Positions 57,671 to 64,000 of a stretch of DNA of 64,000 nucleotides are shown piece by piece (within the stretch, counting starts at the first letter, position 1; each line of letters starts with the position of its first letter). The stretch lies in NCBI RefSeq assembly GCF_009914755.1, contig NC_060930.1; one strand, given 5' to 3'. The notes under the pieces were generated by a model. The model saw nothing but the letters and a program-made list of their open reading frames with translations, searched no databases and was not told where the DNA came from. The translations under genes and the position numbers were made by a program. This DNA is from the human T2T-CHM13v2.0 reference genome, Homo sapiens.

Positions 57671-58223
57671 GTCCTTTCTTGATTTGTTAGACAGGGAATG
57701 GGATGCAGAAAGTACATTCTCAGAGGAAAGAGCTGCAGGAGCCCAGCCAGTGTGAGACATGGTAGGATGAACCAGCTTCTAAAGCCCAGAGACTAGTAAC
57801 AGAGTTGTTCACTGGAGAATGGACAAAGCCAGTGGGAGAGAGAATGGCATAAAGTGGATGTAAATGAGATTCGTCGCAGAGGAGAATAGAGAAGACTTGA
57901 TGACTAATTGGATGCTTCAATCACAGCCCTCAGCCTTTACCTCTCTAAACTAAAGCGTTTGACTCCTTTTAGTCAGAGGTCACAGCCAGCCAGCATTTTA
58001 TTCCTTTCCCTTTTTTTTTCCTTGGTTTCACAGTGTTTGGAGTATTCCTTTCCTTTTATTTTAGGGACCTGTTTCGGGATGCTTCTGTTAGAAATGTCAT
58101 CATTTCTGTGCAGCGTGGCTTTAAGAAAAGATGATGCTAATGGGCTATGCAGTTCAAATAGTACTTCTCCATCCCTCAGTAATGCACCAATTCCATGAGG
58201 TTAAGATATTGGTTAGCAAGTAG

Positions 58224-58591
<368 letters not shown>

Positions 58592-59180
58592 TTCCAATGA
58601 GCATTTTTCAGTTCTCCTACCACTTCTCCCTGCAGCATTGGACCCTATGATTATTCCATCCTTGAAATTCTCTCTGCCATTAACTTCTGCAGTATCACCC
58701 TTGCTGTTTTCCTTCTACCTTTCTGATGTGCCTTTCCATTTTCCCTAAATATAATGATATCACTTCCTTTGATGCCTCTGAAAGGATCCTGCACCTCAGA
58801 GCTTGCTCAGCATTCTTTAATTCCATCCCTGTTTGCTTCAAGTACAATCTCAAATAAATTTACTTAGAATCTTTCAGCTATCTGTTCACAGAAATAAGAG
58901 AACCTGGACCTTTTTACTTATTTCCCTGTTTCTATCCAGAACATCATTAATCTTATAGCACTCATAGAGTGTTAGTCCCGCACTTATTTTTATGTAGGTC
59001 ACATGGGTCAGCTTTATCTACCTCCTCTTCACAGTAGGTCTGATGCTTGGTGCTGCCTCTTCAGCTCTGATCTGGCCTTGCTCCTTGGCTATAATCATGC
59101 CCAGGACTTTGACTACATGTCTTTCAGCTGCTGTGTGTAAACACTTCATTTGGCCTAATCTAGCTAACAGTAATGGACAT

Positions 59181-59510
59181 CAGTGGTTCCCAAATTTTAT
59201 TTCACATTGGAATCACTTGGGGTTCATTAAGAGCAGCTAACACCTGGCCACCCCAGACATACTGATTTAATTGGTATGGGATAAGACTTGAGACATTAGA
59301 CTTTTTAAAAGCCAATGTGCAGCAGGTGATTCTAATCTGCAGCACATTCAGGAACTACCATCCTATATGAGGGTTCTGAAACCCAATTACTCAACAAAAT
59401 CACTTAGGGAGTTTCCAGTTTCTTTAAATACAGATATCTGGGCCCTACCTTAGAACTCAGTCAGTACGGCCTAGGAATTTTCGCTTTTCATGAGTCTCTA
59501 GGTGAATGGA
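59181..59510. mobile_element. MER5A plus adjacent MER5-like fragment
   Basis: cagtggttcccaaa...gaatcacttgg...tgatttaattggt...caggtgattctaat. Confidence 0.75.
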
Positions 59511-59619
59511 TATTGGGATGCATCGCCATGTATGCAACTTGGAGTGGACCTTTCTGGCCGGGACACCATGGCCTTCTTTTCAGCTCTTTGAATGGCACCG
59601 ACAAAACTTTTTTCTATAT

Positions 59620-61030
59620 CTGGAAAACAATCGGTCTGTTGTTTCTCTGCAGATGCATGTTCTTAGCTCCAGACTCCCGTGTATAAGATCTCATAAGACA
59701 TTTGACTGATGGTCATCCCACATGCACCTAAAATTCAACATGGCCAAAATTGAACTCATCATTTTGTTTTTGTATTGTTTTTCTCTTCTCTGTGTCATCC
59801 AGATAATATCAAACTTATCCACAAAGTGTGCAAACCCTAAGGCTAGCAGTCATTTTAGACTCTTCCCTTCTTAACCCCACAGAGAGCTACCAGATCTGGT
59901 GGTAATTCCATCTGTTGATTCTGTTTTGCAGATTACAGCCTTAGTTCGAGCACATATTACCTCTCAGCCAGAGTATTGAACTTCTAATAACCTAACTGGC
60001 CTTCCTTATCCAATTTCCTTTTTCTTTAACTCTTAATGCTGCTTGAATGAACTTTCTAAAATGCAGATCTGATTTTGTCACTACTCTTCTTAAAATCCTT
60101 CAAGAGGTCCTTGTTTTTACGATAAAATTCAAACTTCTTAGCATGCAAAGCCCTTCATGGGTTTTGCCTCTGGCCTCATTCCTCGAGACATTTTCCCTTT
60201 CATGTGCGTCACCTGGGGCCTCAGTTCAGCCCTACTGAGTCAGATACCTTGGAGGAGGAGCCCTAGATATCCAAACCTTTACAAGCCCCAAGTACTTCTT
60301 CTGATCACAGAAGATTGGGAACTCAACCCTCAAACACGCCCATTGCACTTGTCCCTTCAGAAACCCAACTTTAGAGATGATTCCTGAACATACTGCACTA
60401 CCTCACTGTCTCCTGCACTGATTCCCTGTGTTCATCTCTACTCATCCCTCAAAGTCCCCTCACAGGGTGGGGTTTCCTGACTCCTGAGGTGCCACTCCTC
60501 TGAACTCTTCTTCTCTGCTTCTATTACACCTCGGGTCCACCCCTATTTCATGATTACCACCTTGTTATTTGATTCCTTGTTTATCCTCCCCACTAGAATT
60601 TTTTTTCTTTCTTTTTTTTTTTTTTTTTTACAGAGCCTCTGTCGCCCAGGCTGGAGTGCAGTGGTATAATCTCGGCTCACTGCAACCTCCGCCTCCTGGG
60701 ATCAAGTGACTCTCCTGCTTTCCTGCCTGGCCTCCCAAGTAGCTGGGACTACAGACATGCACCACCACGCCCAGCTAATTTTTGTATTTTTAGTAGAGAT
60801 GGGGGGGGGGTCTCACCAGCTTGGCCAGGCTGGTCTCGAACTCCTGACCTCAAGTGATCTGCCTGCCTGGGCCTCTCAAAGTGCTGGGATTACAGGTGTG
60901 AGCCACTGTGCCTGGCTGATCCTCCCCCCACTAGAATTTGAACTCTTCAATGGCAGACAGAGTATCATTTTTCTCTTTATCCTTATGTAACAGCACAACA
61001 CTGAGTGCAATGTGAATGAATTACTAGAAA
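59620..61030 (+). mobile_element. L2 (split by Alu)
   Basis: cacctaaaattcaacatggccaaaattgaactcatc, ctttctaaaatgcagatctgat. Confidence 0.75.
60601..60917 (-). mobile_element. AluS
   Basis: Full antisense dimer; TSD atcctcccc(cc)actagaatt. Confidence 0.96.
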
Positions 61031-61197
61031 ACAAAAATGGAATCCATAGTTAAAGAAACAAACAAAACACAGATAAATAGGTTATCAAGAGAATAGGCAG
61101 AATTAGCAATACAGACAACTATCAGAATTTGAATTTAAGGTAGGAGGTCCTAAGCCAATAATTTAAAATATACATATATATACACAGAATGCAAGTA

Positions 61198-61590
61198 CAG
61201 TATCAGTCAAGGTTTTTAATTGCAAGCAATAGACACTGATGCAAGCTGCTTGAAACAGAAAGGAATTTATTGAAAGGTTGTTCGGTAGCCCACAGAATTA
61301 CCAGGAAGACTAAAATTGCCAGGCTTTGAAAACCGGCAGGAACAAAGGAAGGCTAAGCAGCTGGAATCATAGCCACGGCTGAACAATAGAGGCTGCAGCT
61401 CACCCACCTGTCTCCACCAGCACGGGACACGCACACTGCCGATGGCACTGCATCTAGTGACTATTGCTATGGCTGCTGCCACCAAAATGAATTTTCCACT
61501 CATCCTATTTCTCTGCCTCACTCACTCCCTCCAGATTCTAATCTTAAACTGGTTCAAGTGACTGGGCATGTCTAGGTCTGGATGTACATG
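61198..61590 (-). mobile_element. Old MLT1 (K/L/M/N-like) LTR
   Basis: tatcagtcaaggtttttaattgcaagcaataga...aaaggaatttattgaaagg. Confidence 0.7.
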
Positions 61591-61592
61591 AG

Positions 61593-61593
<1 letters not shown>

Positions 61594-61637
<44 letters not shown>

Positions 61638-61642
61638 TGTGT
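61594..61642. repeat. (TG)n microsatellite
   Basis: Seen directly. Confidence 0.97.
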
Positions 61643-62621
61643 TACAGACTTCTCAACTTGTCAATAGCCAAAAACAGGTGAAGGAAAGGTCCATACCTTG
61701 GAAAATCCCTCAAACAAAGGCAGGGGTTTGGATGCTGGATAGCTAATTAAAATAAAGTTGTTTCTAATTTTATCCAATATTATATATAGTATTACTAAAA
61801 TGGTAAAATGTATTAGAATCTTGATACTCAGCAGAAAGTCAGAATAAATAATTTCTAGTAAGTCATAAATTACAATTGTGAACAAACCCTAGGGTTCTGT
61901 TAAATTAATTTGAGTAGAATAAATGCTCGCTATGTAGATTGAAATCAGACTCAAAGAAGGGAGGAGGCACTGCTGTCTTGAGGGAACTAAAATTGCAGCA
62001 TGGATTCCTCCAGGACACTTGGAGAATGAATGGAGTCCATAGGGGGAAATTAGTTGTCAAACACTGGGGATGGAGAGGCCAAGGGTGGGACCCAAGTTTG
62101 GGATTGCAGAGTCAAGGGTATGTAGCTGGGGAGATGGAATTGAAGCAAAACACTGCAAGCAAGCCCAGTTTCTGGATGGTCGCCTTGTACATGGGGCCAT
62201 TCAAGGTTAAGTCATTCATTTACTTAAATATTTTATTTCCTCAATGCTATGTGAGGAAGACTTGAAAAATATAAATTAAATTTGATTTCTTTGCTTTTAT
62301 TTACAAAAAAAACCCAATTTTGTTAAAAGAGTGGATGCTTGGAAATTTGTAAGCAATACTGAAAAATGTGGAGAAAGTTTAAACAATCACAAATTCTACA
62401 ACCAAGAAATAGGCATTAACACTATGGCAACTTTATTCTAACCATCCTTCTATGCATGTGTACAAACGGAAGCATCTGAACTGCCCTCCGGTATTCACCA
62501 TTATTCACATAGAAAGCACACAAGAAAGACAACTGGGTGGATGGATGGAAGGATGGACTTTTGTAAAATGATCTCATTTGAAAAATAACAATTTTAATTT
62601 TATTTAATAGAAGAAAAATGA

Positions 62622-62983
<362 letters not shown>

Positions 62984-63011
62984 CATTGTTTCTTCTTTTT
63001 AAAAATTAAAC

Positions 63012-63335
<324 letters not shown>

Positions 63336-63499
63336 TTTAAAAAATTCAAAAAGCTTAAAAGAGTTTATTTAAAAAGAAAGAGGTCAAAGTTGTTATTTGT
63401 TTCAACTAAATGCTTTGCTTTTAGACAATATCAATTGATTTATTGCTATGAAAGATGAAGACTTCAGCAGTCATGCTTCTTGTCATCTGCCTCTCAACT

Positions 63500-64000
63500 T
63501 TGCCATGTTTGCGAGTTGTTTTATTTGTATGCTGTCAAGACTTACTGTATTTATATACCCAGTAAGCTGGGTATTTTCTAGTAGTTTCCTATATGGAAAT
63601 GGATTAATTGCTCACCTCATGTGTTGTTCTGCCACTATTTATCTAGTCCTCAATTTCTAATTTTGATTCATTTTCTAATCAACTGGATTTTGAAATCGAA
63701 TTTATTTTTCTTTGCAAGAAGAGCTTGGTGCGTTATATTCCCTGAGGTCTTTCTTGCTTAAGTATGTTCATTTTTGCTAATGTACAGTAGGCCTGAGAAA
63801 ATGTTCTTTGGTCCTACTTTCTTTACTTTAGAATACTTTCGGTATTTCACCATCGTCTCTGGCATTAAGTACTGCTGTGGAGAAAAGTGTGATGCTAATC
63901 TTTTTTTTTTTGTAGGTGATTTGATTTTCTGTCTAGATATTGGACTAATTTATTTTTATACTTTCAAGTTGAGTAAGCGAACCGGAGATATCTTAGGGCT
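63500..64000 (-). mobile_element. L1M ORF1-region fossil
   Basis: tattcaccatcgtctctggcattaag..gctgtggagaa..gatgctaatc, ttgtaggtgatttg. Confidence 0.55.

Noticed and set aside
58034-58205. Two tandem acceptors and a 135-nt exon candidate
   Set aside because: Weak donor (gttaag) and stops in all three frames

Overview
This is primate (very probably human) genomic DNA, intronic or intergenic and dominated by transposable elements. No protein-coding gene, RNA gene, CRISPR array or prokaryote-type system can be supported. The longer supplied ORFs I could trace come from Alu, LTR, DNA-transposon or microsatellite sequence. The window holds about 15 Alus (J, S and Y grades plus one free monomer), many L1M/L2/MIR fossils, solo LTRs (MLT2, THE1, MLT1, MER52, LTR40, LTR41) and DNA transposons (3'-truncated Tigger1, full-length dead HSMAR2, Tigger4 derivative, MER44A, MER58B, MER1B, MER30, MER5, Kanga/MER104-like). 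Family names come from my recall of consensus sequences, not from a database search. I found no new biological system. The most unusual signal is structural, a cluster of locally templated repair or replication scars: (i) a ~280-bp inverted duplication (47005-47714) whose 149-bp spacer is a patchwork of short copies of neighbouring DNA, (ii) a near-perfect 128-bp tandem duplication (46014-46269), (iii) several small fold-back insertions, (iv) an old ~200-bp displaced duplication carrying a (TG)n tract, and (v) a ~475-bp orphan insert inside an L1 fossil. Also notable are a MER58B hosting three nested insertions, a near-adjacent inverted Alu pair, strong CTCF/E-box and RFX motifs in unique DNA, and a few speculative splice-site-bounded exon candidates.
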